From: Patescibacteria group bacterium
GTDB lineage: Bacteria; Patescibacteriota; Minisyncoccia; Phycocordibacterales; UBA9973
Assembly: GCA_038063915.1 (NCBI GenBank)
Contig: JBBTUE010000004.1
Span: 102,719 to 166,718 of the forward strand
Reading direction: 5' to 3'
DNA length: 64,000 nucleotides
Below, piece by piece: positions 9,901-19,963 of this stretch. The translations under genes and the position numbers were made by a program. Below the pieces are notes generated by a model. The model was not told the origin of the DNA, made no database searches, and was given only the letters and a program-made list of their open reading frames with translations. Every line of letters starts with the position of its first letter. Positions within the stretch are counted from its first letter, which is position 1.

Positions 9901-10414
9901 CCTAGCAGAATGGCCAGAAGGAGGAAAAGTTAACGAGGATTTGATTTCTGAAATGCAAATTGTACGACACGTAGTGACTCTTGGACTTGAAGCGAGACAA
10001 AAAGCAAATATCAAAGTTCGTCAGCCACTAAGTGAACTAAAAGTCAAGAGCTATCAACTAAAAGATGAGTATATAGAGATTATTAAAGATGAGCTAAATA
10101 TAAAAGCTGTCGTCTACGATGACTCTATTGAGAATCCAGTCGAACTCGATTCTCATATAACTCTAGATCTAAAAAAAGAAGGTCAATATCGTGAACTTGT
10201 TCGTGCTATTCAAGATATGCGCAAGAAGGAGGGGTTAAACCCAAATGATGTCATTGTTCTTACCATTGCTACTAATACCGAAGGTCAAGAAATCGTAAAT
10301 AAATGGAAAAGTGAACTCATGAAAATAGCTGGAGCTAAAGAGGTTAATATTGCCGATAATCAAGGCACTGAAGTTAAGATTGACGAATTAACATTCCTAG
10401 TCAGTTTTTCATAG
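6950..10414 (+). CDS. ileS: Isoleucine--tRNA ligase (type 2) with an inserted histidine-phosphatase domain
   Basis: GPPTANG..HH, GWDTHGLP, WTTTPWTL, ISRERYWG, DQTRGWF, KMSKS; internal RHG domain. Confidence 0.96.
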   Translation: MAGKEDNNKSEVALREERVLEFWQENNTFQKTLEKDSPKGEFVFYEGPPTANGKPGIHHLEARAFKDAIPRYKTMRGYHVRRKGGWDTHGLPVELQVEKKLELNSKKAIEEYGIAEFNKQCKESVWEYLDIWNKFTKRIGYWVDQENPYVTYHNDYIESVWNVLAQVEDRKLLYKDYKVVPWCPRCGTALSSHELAQGYQDDKDLSVTAKFKIKGVVDGYFLAWTTTPWTLAGNVALAVGSEIIYVEAKVGPEVLVLAKDRLSIITDPYEIVAEHKGSEMVGMEYEPLYPYLSTLDVGDEKLKNAYKVYPADFVNTTDGTGIVHTAVMYGQDDFELGTKIGLPKFHTVDDSGHFVKGTGFLEGRFVKDEEVAVDIIKDLAHRGLLFKKEKYEHSYPHCWRCKTALIYYARDSWYIRMSDPSVKDKLIAENKEINWEPPHIRDGRFGEWLKDIKDWAISRERYWGTPLPIWQKADGSNIVVDSIDTLKKYIKKSGNSYFIMRHGGTEGNLEELVSYKHQETDNLTENGKEQVRVSADKLKDHNIDIVIYSPFTRTTETATIVKEVLGLGSEQVMPDARLIEINPGIYDGKNWSEYHEHLYNMERGWFVRKIPEGESLQDVTERSGAVLYDLEAKYSGKNILIITHGGPAWAMYVASGIYEKRNTEYKKADTHVFVKEFKQFGNAEVRELPFVPLPHDKHNILDLHKPYIDEVELFDEESRPMTRVKEVMDVWFDSGAMPFAQDHYPFENKEWVDTKGFPADYICEAIDQTRGWFYTLHAIGVLTGRGKAFKNVICLGHILDKDGKKMSKSVGNVVDPWEMMDKYGVDTLRLWMYSVNQPGESKNFDEKTVSELNNKVFNLFYNVLAFYELYRDKSIEDREYKKSDNILDQWIIARLNKLVLDMTNSMDNYKLLEPVRGIREFVDELSTWYVRRSRERIKDGDVDVKQTLYFVLKTFSKILAPFAPFAAEDIWQKLKNTSDAESVHLAEWPEGGKVNEDLISEMQIVRHVVTLGLEARQKANIKVRQPLSELKVKSYQLKDEYIEIIKDELNIKAVVYDDSIENPVELDSHITLDLKKEGQYRELVRAIQDMRKKEGLNPNDVIVLTIATNTEGQEIVNKWKSELMKIAGAKEVNIADNQGTEVKIDELTFLVSFS

Positions 10415-10415
10415 T

Positions 10416-10856
10416 ATGGCTTCAATAGAACAAGTTGCATACGGTATAGTAGTAGCTATCAAAGAAGATGAATGGAAATTCTTGATACTTCTACAAGATG
10501 AGACATTTGTAAATTGGAGTTTTCCAAAAGGTAAAACTGAAAAAGGCGAGACTGTACCGCTTGATATAGCTATGCGTGAATTGGGCGAAGAGACTGGTAT
10601 CACTGTTATCGATATACTAGACTGTCCACTTATGGAGGAGGAATATCGGTATGAAAAACGAGGTGATACTTACCACCGCACTAATAAATATTTCTTGGGT
10701 GTCGTCAAAGATAAATCTGTAAAGATACAAGAAGGTGAAATTATAGAATACAAATGGGCTACATATAAAGAAGCCTCAGAAACCTTTGTTTTTAAGAAGG
10801 AATCTCGTGTAGAAATCCTTCAACAAGCACAAGAATATCTAAATATGTTAAAATAG
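10416..10856 (+). CDS. NUDIX hydrolase (Ap4A hydrolase-like)
   Basis: WSFPKGKTEKGE..AMRELGEETG. Confidence 0.85.
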   Translation: MASIEQVAYGIVVAIKEDEWKFLILLQDETFVNWSFPKGKTEKGETVPLDIAMRELGEETGITVIDILDCPLMEEEYRYEKRGDTYHRTNKYFLGVVKDKSVKIQEGEIIEYKWATYKEASETFVFKKESRVEILQQAQEYLNMLK

Positions 10857-10860
10857 AAGA

Positions 10861-11502
10861 ATGAAGATCAAAAAACTAGGGCATTGTTGTTTAGTTATAG
10901 AGGTAAATAGCAAAAGGATAATGACAGATCCAGGTTCTTATTCCACTCTCCAAGTTGAAGAGAAAAATATAGATATTATACTTATTACTCATGAACACCC
11001 CGACCACCTGCATGTGGATTCTTTGAAAGTTATTCTAGAGAATAATAAAGATGTAAAAGTAATTACAAATAGCGCAGTAGGAAAAATTCTTACTGAAGCT
11101 GGGATTGCATATGAATTGTTGGAAGAAGGAGGAAGGGGAGAATTTGAGGGGATATTATTTGAAGGATACGGAGATCATCATGCAGAGGTTTATGAAGAAT
11201 TTGGCCAAGTTCAAAATACTGGCTACTTTATAGACAATACACTTTTTTATCCTGGAGATGCATTTACTAATCCACATAAACAAGTAGAAATACTTGCTTT
11301 ACCTGTTGCCGGGCCATGGATGAAAATAAAAAATGCCATACATTATGCTCTTGAGTTAAAACCAAAAGTTTGTTTTCCTGTTCATGACGGGATGATAAAA
11401 GAAGATAGACCAGGGCCTATTTATAATCTGCCTAAAAATATTCTGACTCAAAGTGGGATTGAGTTTAAAGTGTTAGAAGTAAATAAAGAAGAAGAGTTAT
11501 AA
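10861..11502 (+). CDS. MBL-fold metallo-hydrolase
   Basis: LGHCC, DPG, THEHPDH, GD, PVH motifs. Confidence 0.88.
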   Translation: MKIKKLGHCCLVIEVNSKRIMTDPGSYSTLQVEEKNIDIILITHEHPDHLHVDSLKVILENNKDVKVITNSAVGKILTEAGIAYELLEEGGRGEFEGILFEGYGDHHAEVYEEFGQVQNTGYFIDNTLFYPGDAFTNPHKQVEILALPVAGPWMKIKNAIHYALELKPKVCFPVHDGMIKEDRPGPIYNLPKNILTQSGIEFKVLEVNKEEEL

Positions 11503-12086
11503 TGCACCACATATATCACACCCATGGGTTTATATTAGGTTCGCGCAATACTGGCGAGGCGAATAAAATGCTCACTGTTTATACTCGTGAGATGGGGCTC
11601 GTGCGAGTGGCATCTCAAGGTATACGATTCCATAAATCCAAACTACGTTTTGCTCTCCAAGATTATTCATACATAAATATGGATTTGGTTAGAGGTCGCG
11701 AGATTTGGCGTGTTACTTCAGCTACTAGTATTAATTCATTTCCATATGCTCGTTCGACTAAAGAGTCACTTTTGCTGATTGCACGGGTAAGCAAGCTTAT
11801 CGAGAGGCTCTGTGATGGGGAAGAAGCGAACGATAGAATATTTGATGATTTTATTCAGGCATTATATTTGCTCGACGATGTAAATTTATCTATTGATGTG
11901 CGTGAAGCACTAGAGCTTCATCTCGTGCTTCGCATTATGAGCACACTCGGATATATAGGGGAGTCTAGCTCTGTCCGTGAATATTTGTCATTGCCATTTG
12001 ATAAAGTTGAAACGAGTAGGTTTTTGAAGGAAAAGAAATCAATTATAGCGCATATAAATAAGGCTATAAATGAAAGCCAGCTATAA
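11502..12086 (+). CDS. recO: DNA repair protein RecO
   Basis: N-terminal OB pattern GEANK..YTREMG..AxG.R..SKL. Confidence 0.85.
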   Translation: MHHIYHTHGFILGSRNTGEANKMLTVYTREMGLVRVASQGIRFHKSKLRFALQDYSYINMDLVRGREIWRVTSATSINSFPYARSTKESLLLIARVSKLIERLCDGEEANDRIFDDFIQALYLLDDVNLSIDVREALELHLVLRIMSTLGYIGESSSVREYLSLPFDKVETSRFLKEKKSIIAHINKAINESQL

Positions 12087-12112
12087 AATTCTTGTGGTAT
12101 AATAAGCTTTAT

Positions 12113-14017
12113 ATGCCAGAAGGTGAAAGTAGGAACAGAATAGAAGATATCAAGCGTCGCCTTTACGACCGCGTCGATACAGTATCTAGCCGAACACATG
12201 AGGGCGTTCTTCATCCCGTAGTCCATAAAGTTCCTGAAAGTTGGCAAACTAATTTAAATAATGAGAATGATATTACAAATAAAATAATGAAGAAACCACC
12301 AACATCGGGATTCAAAAAGTTTTTTATCGGTGCAGTTATTTTCTTCCTCGGCTCCCTTATATTTGCTACCTATATGTTTTTAAATGGAGGAGTCTCGGTA
12401 TCAAGTGACAATATCGATATTACAGTTCTTGGTAATGCATTTACTAAAGGTGGTGAAGAACTTCCTCTTCAGGTGGAGATTGTAAATAATAACAATGCCA
12501 ATCTTGAGCTCGCTGACTTGATCGTAGAGTATCCTCGCGGAGCAAGTGACAATACTACTGATATGATACGTTTACCTCGTGATACCATAGGAGTAATTAA
12601 AAAAGGTAGCAGAGTGACCCGCAACATCAAAGTCAAATTATTTGGTGAGGAGAAATCTATACGTAACGTCAAGATTACTCTAGAGTATCACCCGGAGGGT
12701 TCCAACGCCATTTTTTCAAAAGACAAAGAGTATCCCGTAACCATAAGTTCCGCACCACTATCTTTAGTCATTGACGCTCCAGAGACTGCAACCTCGGACC
12801 AGGATATATCGTTTAAGGTTACAGCTTCTCTTAATACCTCACTTCCGCAAGGTGCTACTATGCTACAAGTTTCCTACCCAAATAATTTCGTTTTCGATAG
12901 TGCCGTACCCATTCCTTCTTTTGGTAATTCAGTTTGGAATTTATCAGGGTTGACCCAAACAAATCCCATATCTATCGTTGTCAAAGGAAGACTCGTCGGG
13001 GCAGATGGTGACGAGCAAGTATTTCATGTATACGCAGGCGCGACGAGCGGAGCAGATCAATCCGTTGTCAACGTTGTTTATAATTCGTTACTCAAAAGTA
13101 TTATAATCACTAAACCATTTCTCGAGGCTCGCATTTTGGTCAATAGTCAAGATTTGCCATCGTATGTTGCAACTGGTGGAGACACAGTTGACGCACAAAT
13201 ATCTTGGTCCAACAACTTACCAACTCGTATAACAGATACGCAGATAATAGTAAACTTTTCCGGCAATGCTTTTGACAAGAGTACTGTCAATCCCCTTGAA
13301 GGGTTCTATGATTCAGCAAATAATCAAATTATCTGGGACAAAAATACTATATCTGATCTTGCTTCTGTCGAACCTGGTGCTACTGGAACGCTTAGTTTTA
13401 GCTTCAAACCTATCTCGCTTGTCGGGCTAACTAATCCAATCAAGGAACCTCAAGTTGTACTCAATGTCAGTATCCGTGGTAGACAGCCTTCGGAGGGTTC
13501 TAATTTTAACAATGTTAATAATTTTACTAAAAAGATTGTTAAAATTAAATCTGATTTTCAAATTGCTTCAGCTGCACGTTTTACTTCGGGTTCCTTGCCT
13601 CCAAAGGCAGAAACTGAGACTACCTATACAGTAACTTGGACGCTGTCTAATTCTGCAAATAGCGTAGTTGGAGCTATTGCACATTCTACCTTACCAATTT
13701 ATGTGAAATGGGTTTCTCCTGCATCAGAGAATAGAGAAAATGTGGTTTACAATGAAGTCACTCGTGAAGTTATCTGGAATATAGGGCAAGTCCGCCCTAA
13801 CACTGGGCTTGATTCGAATCGTGAAGCGTCGTTTGTCATATCACTCAAACCATCTCTTTCACAGGTGGGGAGTGTCCCTCAGCTAATGAAAGAAGTTATA
13901 TTATCAGGCACAGATGCGTTCACTGGAACTATTGTCAAAAATACACGTTCCCCGATTACAACATATCTTATAAGTGATCCAGGCTTTAAATCTGGTCAAG
14001 AACGTGTTATACAATAG
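12113..14017 (+). CDS. Membrane-anchored protein with beta-rich (Ig-like/DUF11-like) extracellular domains
   Basis: One TM helix then about 550 aa beta-rich region with repeated 'IxW' motifs. Confidence 0.7.
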   Translation: MPEGESRNRIEDIKRRLYDRVDTVSSRTHEGVLHPVVHKVPESWQTNLNNENDITNKIMKKPPTSGFKKFFIGAVIFFLGSLIFATYMFLNGGVSVSSDNIDITVLGNAFTKGGEELPLQVEIVNNNNANLELADLIVEYPRGASDNTTDMIRLPRDTIGVIKKGSRVTRNIKVKLFGEEKSIRNVKITLEYHPEGSNAIFSKDKEYPVTISSAPLSLVIDAPETATSDQDISFKVTASLNTSLPQGATMLQVSYPNNFVFDSAVPIPSFGNSVWNLSGLTQTNPISIVVKGRLVGADGDEQVFHVYAGATSGADQSVVNVVYNSLLKSIIITKPFLEARILVNSQDLPSYVATGGDTVDAQISWSNNLPTRITDTQIIVNFSGNAFDKSTVNPLEGFYDSANNQIIWDKNTISDLASVEPGATGTLSFSFKPISLVGLTNPIKEPQVVLNVSIRGRQPSEGSNFNNVNNFTKKIVKIKSDFQIASAARFTSGSLPPKAETETTYTVTWTLSNSANSVVGAIAHSTLPIYVKWVSPASENRENVVYNEVTREVIWNIGQVRPNTGLDSNREASFVISLKPSLSQVGSVPQLMKEVILSGTDAFTGTIVKNTRSPITTYLISDPGFKSGQERVIQ

Positions 14018-14021
14018 TAAT

Positions 14022-15233
14022 ATGGAAAAAGAACAGAACAATTTGATGGAGAAAATCATATCGCTTTCTAAGCGCCGAGGTTTTGTTTACCAAGGTTCTG
14101 AAATCTATGGTGGCTTGGCGGGTACTTGGGATTATGGTCCACTCGGAGTAGCGCTCAAGAATAATATCAAAGATGCTTGGAGGAAGAAATTTATTTCTTC
14201 TCGTACTGATATGTATGAAGTTGATGCGGCCATACTTATGAATAGCAAAGCTTGGGAAGCATCTGGCCACGTGGCTGGGTTCACTGACCCAACTCTAGAC
14301 GGAAAACAATTCAACGTTATGTTCAAGACTCAAGTAGGTGCAGGAGAAGAAGCCACTACTTCATATCTGCGTCCAGAAACTGCCCAAGGAGTATTCGTTA
14401 ATTTCAAAAACATTGTCGATTCGTTTCATCCAAAATTACCATTCGGTATTGCACAGATAGGTAAAGCTTTTCGCAATGAAATCGCCCCTCGAGATTTTAT
14501 CTTTCGTGTACGGGAATTTGAACAAATGGAGATTGAGTATTTTATTCAAGAAAATAATTGGGAGAAATATTTTACATATTGGAAGGACGAGCTAAATGAG
14601 TTTATTGAAGGACTTGGACTCGACATGAATCTAGTCCATGAAATTGAGATAGGGGATGGTGACCGAGCTCACTATTCAAAGCGAACAATAGATTTTGAGT
14701 TTGAGTATCCTTTTGGTCAGAAAGAACTTTTTGGCCTTGCTTACCGAGGAAGTTTTGATCTTGATAATCACAAATTAGATTACATAGACGAGGAAGCCAA
14801 AGGTAAAATCGTACCTCATGTTATAGAGCCATCTATGGGTATAGACCGCTTGTTGCTCGCACTCCTCCTATCTTCTTATAAAGAAGACGAGCAAAATGGG
14901 GAGGTACGGGCATATCTCGCTCTTAAACCTAGCATGGCACCTGTTATCTGTGCTGTTTCGCCATTACTTAAAAACAAGTCAGAACTTGTCGATAAAGCGC
15001 ATTTAATTTACGGTATACTAAAAGCCGAATTCGGCCGAGTTATGTGGGACGATAATGGCAACATCGGCAAGCGCTACCGCAGGCAGGATGAGATAGGTAC
15101 TCCGTGGTGCATTGTTATAGATTTCGATACTCTTACCGATGACTCTGTTACTATCCGAGACCGCGATACTGGAGCGCAAGAGAGAATCAAGCAAGACAAA
15201 ATTGTGGAATATATAAAAAATAAATTAGGTTAG
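14022..15233 (+). CDS. glyQS: Glycine--tRNA ligase, alpha2 homodimer type
   Basis: YGG..DYGPLG, YLRPETAQG, GKAFRNEI, REFEQME, IGKRYRRQDEIGTP. Confidence 0.95.
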   Translation: MEKEQNNLMEKIISLSKRRGFVYQGSEIYGGLAGTWDYGPLGVALKNNIKDAWRKKFISSRTDMYEVDAAILMNSKAWEASGHVAGFTDPTLDGKQFNVMFKTQVGAGEEATTSYLRPETAQGVFVNFKNIVDSFHPKLPFGIAQIGKAFRNEIAPRDFIFRVREFEQMEIEYFIQENNWEKYFTYWKDELNEFIEGLGLDMNLVHEIEIGDGDRAHYSKRTIDFEFEYPFGQKELFGLAYRGSFDLDNHKLDYIDEEAKGKIVPHVIEPSMGIDRLLLALLLSSYKEDEQNGEVRAYLALKPSMAPVICAVSPLLKNKSELVDKAHLIYGILKAEFGRVMWDDNGNIGKRYRRQDEIGTPWCIVIDFDTLTDDSVTIRDRDTGAQERIKQDKIVEYIKNKLG

Positions 15234-16505
15234 ATGCAAAAAGCTAAAAAGAAAACATTAAAAAATGGTCTTCGAGTGGTGACCGTGCCTATGAAAGATA
15301 ATCCGACAGTAACGGTGCTTGTTCTTGTCGGCACAGGGAGCGATTATGAGGAGAAGAAAGTAAATGGCATATCGCATTTTCTAGAGCATATGTGCTTCAA
15401 AGGTACGACAAAGCGGCCAAATGCTCAGACTATCTCGCACGAACTCGACGCACTTGGCTCACAATACAATGCCTTCACTGACCACGAGATGACGGGCTAC
15501 TATGCAAAAAGTGATTCTAAGAACTTCAAAAAGATTTTTGATGTTATTTCAGATATCTATTTGAACTCTACATTCCCCGATTCTGAAATCCAAAAAGAGA
15601 AAGGGGTGATAGTAGAGGAGATAAATATGTATGAGGATATGCCGGCTCGCCATGTGCAAGATTTATTCCAAGAAGTTCTTTATGGGGATCAGCCAGCAGG
15701 GCGCAATATTGCTGGTACAAAAGATAATGTTCGAGCGATGACTCGCGATGATTTTGTCTCATACAAGAAGGCTCATTATGTAGCAAGTGGTACAGTTATA
15801 GTAGTCGCTGGAAGTGTAAGTGAACAAGAAGTATACAAGGAAGTCACAAAACATTTTGCTAATGTGCACACAAGTAACAAAGGAAATAAAGTAAAAACCA
15901 AGAATGTTCAAAATAAACCTCAAATTCTAGTTAAACATAAAGCGACTGACCAGACTCACTTTGTATTAGGGGTGAGAACATTTCCACTCAAAGATAAAAG
16001 AAATGCGATCCTCTCAGTGCTTGGAGGAGTACTCGGTGCTGGTATGAGTTCACGACTCTTTATCAAACTTCGTGAGGAGATGGGGGTAGCTTATTATGTG
16101 CGAGCTTTCAATGATGCATCTCTTGATCATGGATCTTTTCAGATATCAGCAGGTGTCAATAACGCACGAACCGAAGAGGTTATAAGAGAGATACTTAAAG
16201 AGTGCAAACGTCTAACATATGAGAAAGTGAGCGATAAAGAGCTGGCAAAGATAAAGTCCTTCCTTGCAGGAAATATGAAGCTATCACTCGAAGCCACAGA
16301 TGATATAGCCAATTTCTACGGCACAGAAGAGCTTATGAAGAGGGAGATGAAAACTCTTGACGATAAGATAAAGAATATAAACAAAGTAACAGCAAGTGAC
16401 ATTATGAATATGTCTAAACTTATATTTAAAAATAGCCATCTAAACCTTGCTGTCATAGGTCCATTCAAGGATAAATCGAAATTTGTAAAAGTTATGAAAT
16501 TCTAG
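15234..16505 (+). CDS. M16 family zinc peptidase
   Basis: Inverted zinc motif HFLEH; GMSSRLF..LRE. Confidence 0.93.
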   Translation: MQKAKKKTLKNGLRVVTVPMKDNPTVTVLVLVGTGSDYEEKKVNGISHFLEHMCFKGTTKRPNAQTISHELDALGSQYNAFTDHEMTGYYAKSDSKNFKKIFDVISDIYLNSTFPDSEIQKEKGVIVEEINMYEDMPARHVQDLFQEVLYGDQPAGRNIAGTKDNVRAMTRDDFVSYKKAHYVASGTVIVVAGSVSEQEVYKEVTKHFANVHTSNKGNKVKTKNVQNKPQILVKHKATDQTHFVLGVRTFPLKDKRNAILSVLGGVLGAGMSSRLFIKLREEMGVAYYVRAFNDASLDHGSFQISAGVNNARTEEVIREILKECKRLTYEKVSDKELAKIKSFLAGNMKLSLEATDDIANFYGTEELMKREMKTLDDKIKNINKVTASDIMNMSKLIFKNSHLNLAVIGPFKDKSKFVKVMKF

Positions 16506-16538
16506 GTATAGATTGCCCAAATATGTTAAAATAGCTAA

Positions 16539-17603
16539 ATGGATAATAACTCTAAAAATCTACAAATCTCTATCTCAAACGGGACTATTGTGAGAGTTGT
16601 TTTATTTGGCATAGTCTTACTTGCCCTAGTAAAACTAACAAACATCATCCTGATACTACTTACATCTATAGTTGTCGCATCTTTCATAGGATTTGCTGTC
16701 AAAAAGATGAAGAAGTACATAAAAAATCGCACTCTTTCTGTGGCTCTGATTTATATATTCACCTTCGCAGTTATTTTCGGTTTACTTTCCATCTTCGTAC
16801 CAGTCTTTATTCAAGAAATGTCTACTCTCGTTGCTCAACTTGGGAAATATATTCCAGATGGTAGTATTTTAAATACTTTCCAACAAGACACTATAACTGG
16901 AGCAAAAGGAGTAGTCAGTACTATCTCTCATAATGCATCACTCGGAGATGTGATTAAGAGCACCCAGAATCTTGTTACGAGTCTCTCCGGTGGATTTTTT
17001 AACATTTTTGGACAAGCATTCGGTGGAGTTTTTAACTTACTTTTAATTATTGTCATTTCGTTTTATTTATCAGTAACAGAACGAGGTATTGAGAGTTTCT
17101 TGCGAATTATTACCCCTTCACCACAGGAAGAGTACATTATCGGTTTGTGGTTACGTACTGAACGAAAAATTGGTCTTTGGATGCAAGGACAGATGCTCAT
17201 GGGAGTCATCGTTGGAATGTTGACTTACCTCGGGCTCACTATCATTGGAGTCAAATATTCACTTGTACTTGCATTACTTGTAGTAGTGGCCGAGCTTATT
17301 CCATTTGGGTTGATACTAGCTGCTATTCCGGGAATGATCTTTGCTTACCTCGATGGAGGTGTTACTATTGCGGCTATTACTATGCTTTTGTATATAATTT
17401 TAGGACAATTTGAGACATACCTCATATATCCACTTATAGTCAGGCGGGCTACTGGTATTTCACCTTTGGTTGTCATCATATCTCTTTTAGTTGGAGCGAC
17501 TCTTGCAGGGTTCTGGGGTGTAATACTTGCTATACCGTGCGCTGTTTGTCTGCTCGAGTTCCTAGATGATTTAGAAAAGAAAAAAGTAGCATTATCTAAT
17601 TGA
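16539..17603 (+). CDS. AI-2E family transporter
   Basis: Multi-TM protein; IP.G and G..G.ILAIP family motifs. Confidence 0.85.
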   Translation: MDNNSKNLQISISNGTIVRVVLFGIVLLALVKLTNIILILLTSIVVASFIGFAVKKMKKYIKNRTLSVALIYIFTFAVIFGLLSIFVPVFIQEMSTLVAQLGKYIPDGSILNTFQQDTITGAKGVVSTISHNASLGDVIKSTQNLVTSLSGGFFNIFGQAFGGVFNLLLIIVISFYLSVTERGIESFLRIITPSPQEEYIIGLWLRTERKIGLWMQGQMLMGVIVGMLTYLGLTIIGVKYSLVLALLVVVAELIPFGLILAAIPGMIFAYLDGGVTIAAITMLLYIILGQFETYLIYPLIVRRATGISPLVVIISLLVGATLAGFWGVILAIPCAVCLLEFLDDLEKKKVALSN

Positions 17604-17604
17604 T

Positions 17605-19047
17605 ATGGTAAAGGCCTTTTATATCACTACTACACTACCTTATGTAAATGCTGATCCACATGTCGGCTTTGCTATGGAAATCATTCGGGCTGACGTTATT
17701 GCCCGGGTTAAAAAATTGCAGGGCTATGAAGTATTTTTCAATACTGGTACAGATGAACATGGACGAAAACTTCTATTAGGTGCGGAGGCAGAAGGTAAAG
17801 ATGTTCAAAAATACGTTGATGAATATGCGGAGCGCTTTCGCGGACTAAAGGACTTGCTCGGTATATCAGATGATGTGCATTTTATACGCACTACTGATGT
17901 GCATCATATAAGTGCAGCACAAGAATTTTGGAAGCGTTGCGATGAACGTGGTTTTATTTACAAAAAAACATACCAAACCAAATATTGTGTTGGTTGTGAA
18001 CTTGAGAAAACTGAGTCCGAATTAAATGATAAAGGTGAATGCCCTATACACCCAGGTAAACCAGTTGAGTTGATTGATGAAGAGAATTACTTCTTTAAAT
18101 TTAGAGATCTAGAGAAACCACTCCTAGACTATTATGAGAAAAATCCAACCTTTGTCATACCAGACTTCCGATTCAACGAGATAAAAACTTTTGTAAAAAG
18201 CGGGCTTGAGGATTTCTCTATATCACGTCTAAAGTCAAAGATGTCATGGGGGGTACCTGTGCCGGATGATGATGACCATGTTATGTATGTATGGTTTGAT
18301 GCGCTTGTAAATTATATATCGACTCTAGGGTGGCCTGAGAATATAGAGCAATTTGAGAAATTCTGGACTGACGGACAACCTGTCCAATATTGTGGCAAGG
18401 ACAATCTGCGTCAACAATCAGCTATGTGGCAGGCGATGCTGATGGCGGCGGGGTTGCCAAACTCAAAGCAAATAGTGATAAATGGATTTATAACAGGGGA
18501 AGGAGGAGTCAAAATGTCTAAATCCCTCGGTAATGTTTATAACCCTTATGATATAGTCAAGGAATATGGAACTGAAGCACTTCGGTATTTCCTACTGCGT
18601 GAAATTTCAGCATTTGAAGATAGTCCATTCACAATGGAGCGATTTAAGGAGGCTTATAATGGGGGACTTGCAAATGGCATAGGGAATCTTACTAGTCGGA
18701 TACTCACTCTTTCAGAAAAATATTTACCAGAGTGTCCGATAATTGATGATAATACAATTCCCGCAGAATATTTTAAACTCTTTGAGGCTTTTGATTTAAA
18801 AAGAGTTACCGATTATGTATGGGAAGAGATACAATCGCTCGATAGATTTATCCAAGAGACAGAACCTTTCAAAGTAGTAAAAATTGATGAAGATAAAGGA
18901 AAGGAGCTCATAATTGTGATGGTTGAAAGATTATACAAAATTGCATATATGCTCAGTCCTCTACTTCCAGAAACAAGCTCAAAGCTTATGAAATTAATTA
19001 ATGAAAACAAAAAGCCAGAGACACCGCTATTTTTAAGAAAAGAGTAA
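17605..19047 (+). CDS. metG: Methionine--tRNA ligase
   Basis: YVNADPHVG, GTDEHG, YVWFDAL, KMSKSLGN. Confidence 0.96.
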   Translation: MVKAFYITTTLPYVNADPHVGFAMEIIRADVIARVKKLQGYEVFFNTGTDEHGRKLLLGAEAEGKDVQKYVDEYAERFRGLKDLLGISDDVHFIRTTDVHHISAAQEFWKRCDERGFIYKKTYQTKYCVGCELEKTESELNDKGECPIHPGKPVELIDEENYFFKFRDLEKPLLDYYEKNPTFVIPDFRFNEIKTFVKSGLEDFSISRLKSKMSWGVPVPDDDDHVMYVWFDALVNYISTLGWPENIEQFEKFWTDGQPVQYCGKDNLRQQSAMWQAMLMAAGLPNSKQIVINGFITGEGGVKMSKSLGNVYNPYDIVKEYGTEALRYFLLREISAFEDSPFTMERFKEAYNGGLANGIGNLTSRILTLSEKYLPECPIIDDNTIPAEYFKLFEAFDLKRVTDYVWEEIQSLDRFIQETEPFKVVKIDEDKGKELIIVMVERLYKIAYMLSPLLPETSSKLMKLINENKKPETPLFLRKE

Positions 19048-19048
19048 T

Positions 19049-19924
19049 ATGCAAGAGAAGAATATAGCAAAATATATAGACATACATAGTCATGTGAATT
19101 TTAAAGCATTTGATGAAGATCGAGACGAAGTGATTAAGCGTGCGCTAGATAGTGATACATGGATAATAAATGTCGGGACACAACTTGGTACTTCAAAGAA
19201 AGCTGTAGAGATGGCAAATCAATATGAAGAAGGCGTGTATGCTATTATCGGACTTCATCCGATACATACTGGAGCTTCATATCATGATGAGAAAGAGTTA
19301 GGAGAGGGAGGAGTAGAGTTTACTTCACGAGGTGAGAGTTTCGATAAAGATGCATATTTAGAACTTTGTAAAGACAAAAAAGTTGTAGCTATCGGTGAAT
19401 GTGGGCTAGATTATTTCCGCTGCACTCCAGAATCTATAGAGAAGCAAAAGAAAGATTTTATAAAACAAATAGAACTAGCAAACGAAGTAGGGAAGCCTTT
19501 GATGCTCCACATTCGCAATAATGAAAAGGCCGAACTCATGGAAGGGGCGCCGAAAGCTCCAAATGCTTATAAAGATGCTTTAGAGCTCTTAAAACAATAT
19601 TCGAAAGTAAAAGGCGATGTACATTTCTTTGCTGGTAGTTTAAATATAGCCAAAGAGTTTGTAGATTTTGGCTTCACTCTTTCATTTACAGGAGTTATAA
19701 CCTTTACTAAAGATTATGATGAAGTTATTCGCAACACTCCACTTGATATGATTATGTCCGAGACTGATGCCCCATATGTCGCCCCGGTGCCTTATAGAGG
19801 CAAACGCAATGAACCAGTCTATGTCCAAGAAGTTGCCAAAAAGATAGCGGAAATCAAGGGTTTATCAGAATCCGAAGTAGCTAAAGCCATAATAATAAAC
19901 GCTAAAAGAGTCTTTGGATTATAA
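19049..19924 (+). CDS. tatD: TatD family nuclease
   Basis: DIHSH, GLHP, IGECGLDY, ETDAPY, RNEP. Confidence 0.92.
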   Translation: MQEKNIAKYIDIHSHVNFKAFDEDRDEVIKRALDSDTWIINVGTQLGTSKKAVEMANQYEEGVYAIIGLHPIHTGASYHDEKELGEGGVEFTSRGESFDKDAYLELCKDKKVVAIGECGLDYFRCTPESIEKQKKDFIKQIELANEVGKPLMLHIRNNEKAELMEGAPKAPNAYKDALELLKQYSKVKGDVHFFAGSLNIAKEFVDFGFTLSFTGVITFTKDYDEVIRNTPLDMIMSETDAPYVAPVPYRGKRNEPVYVQEVAKKIAEIKGLSESEVAKAIIINAKRVFGL

Positions 19925-19963
19925 GCTAGACATCCCATGCTAATTCTGCTAATATAACCGAAC

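Noticed and set aside
19523-19562. GC-rich stretch in tatD (KAELMEGAPKAP) as another palindromic insert
   Set aside because: Lacks the CCTGCC/GCAGGCGGG termini and has only a weak hairpin; needs an orthologue alignment
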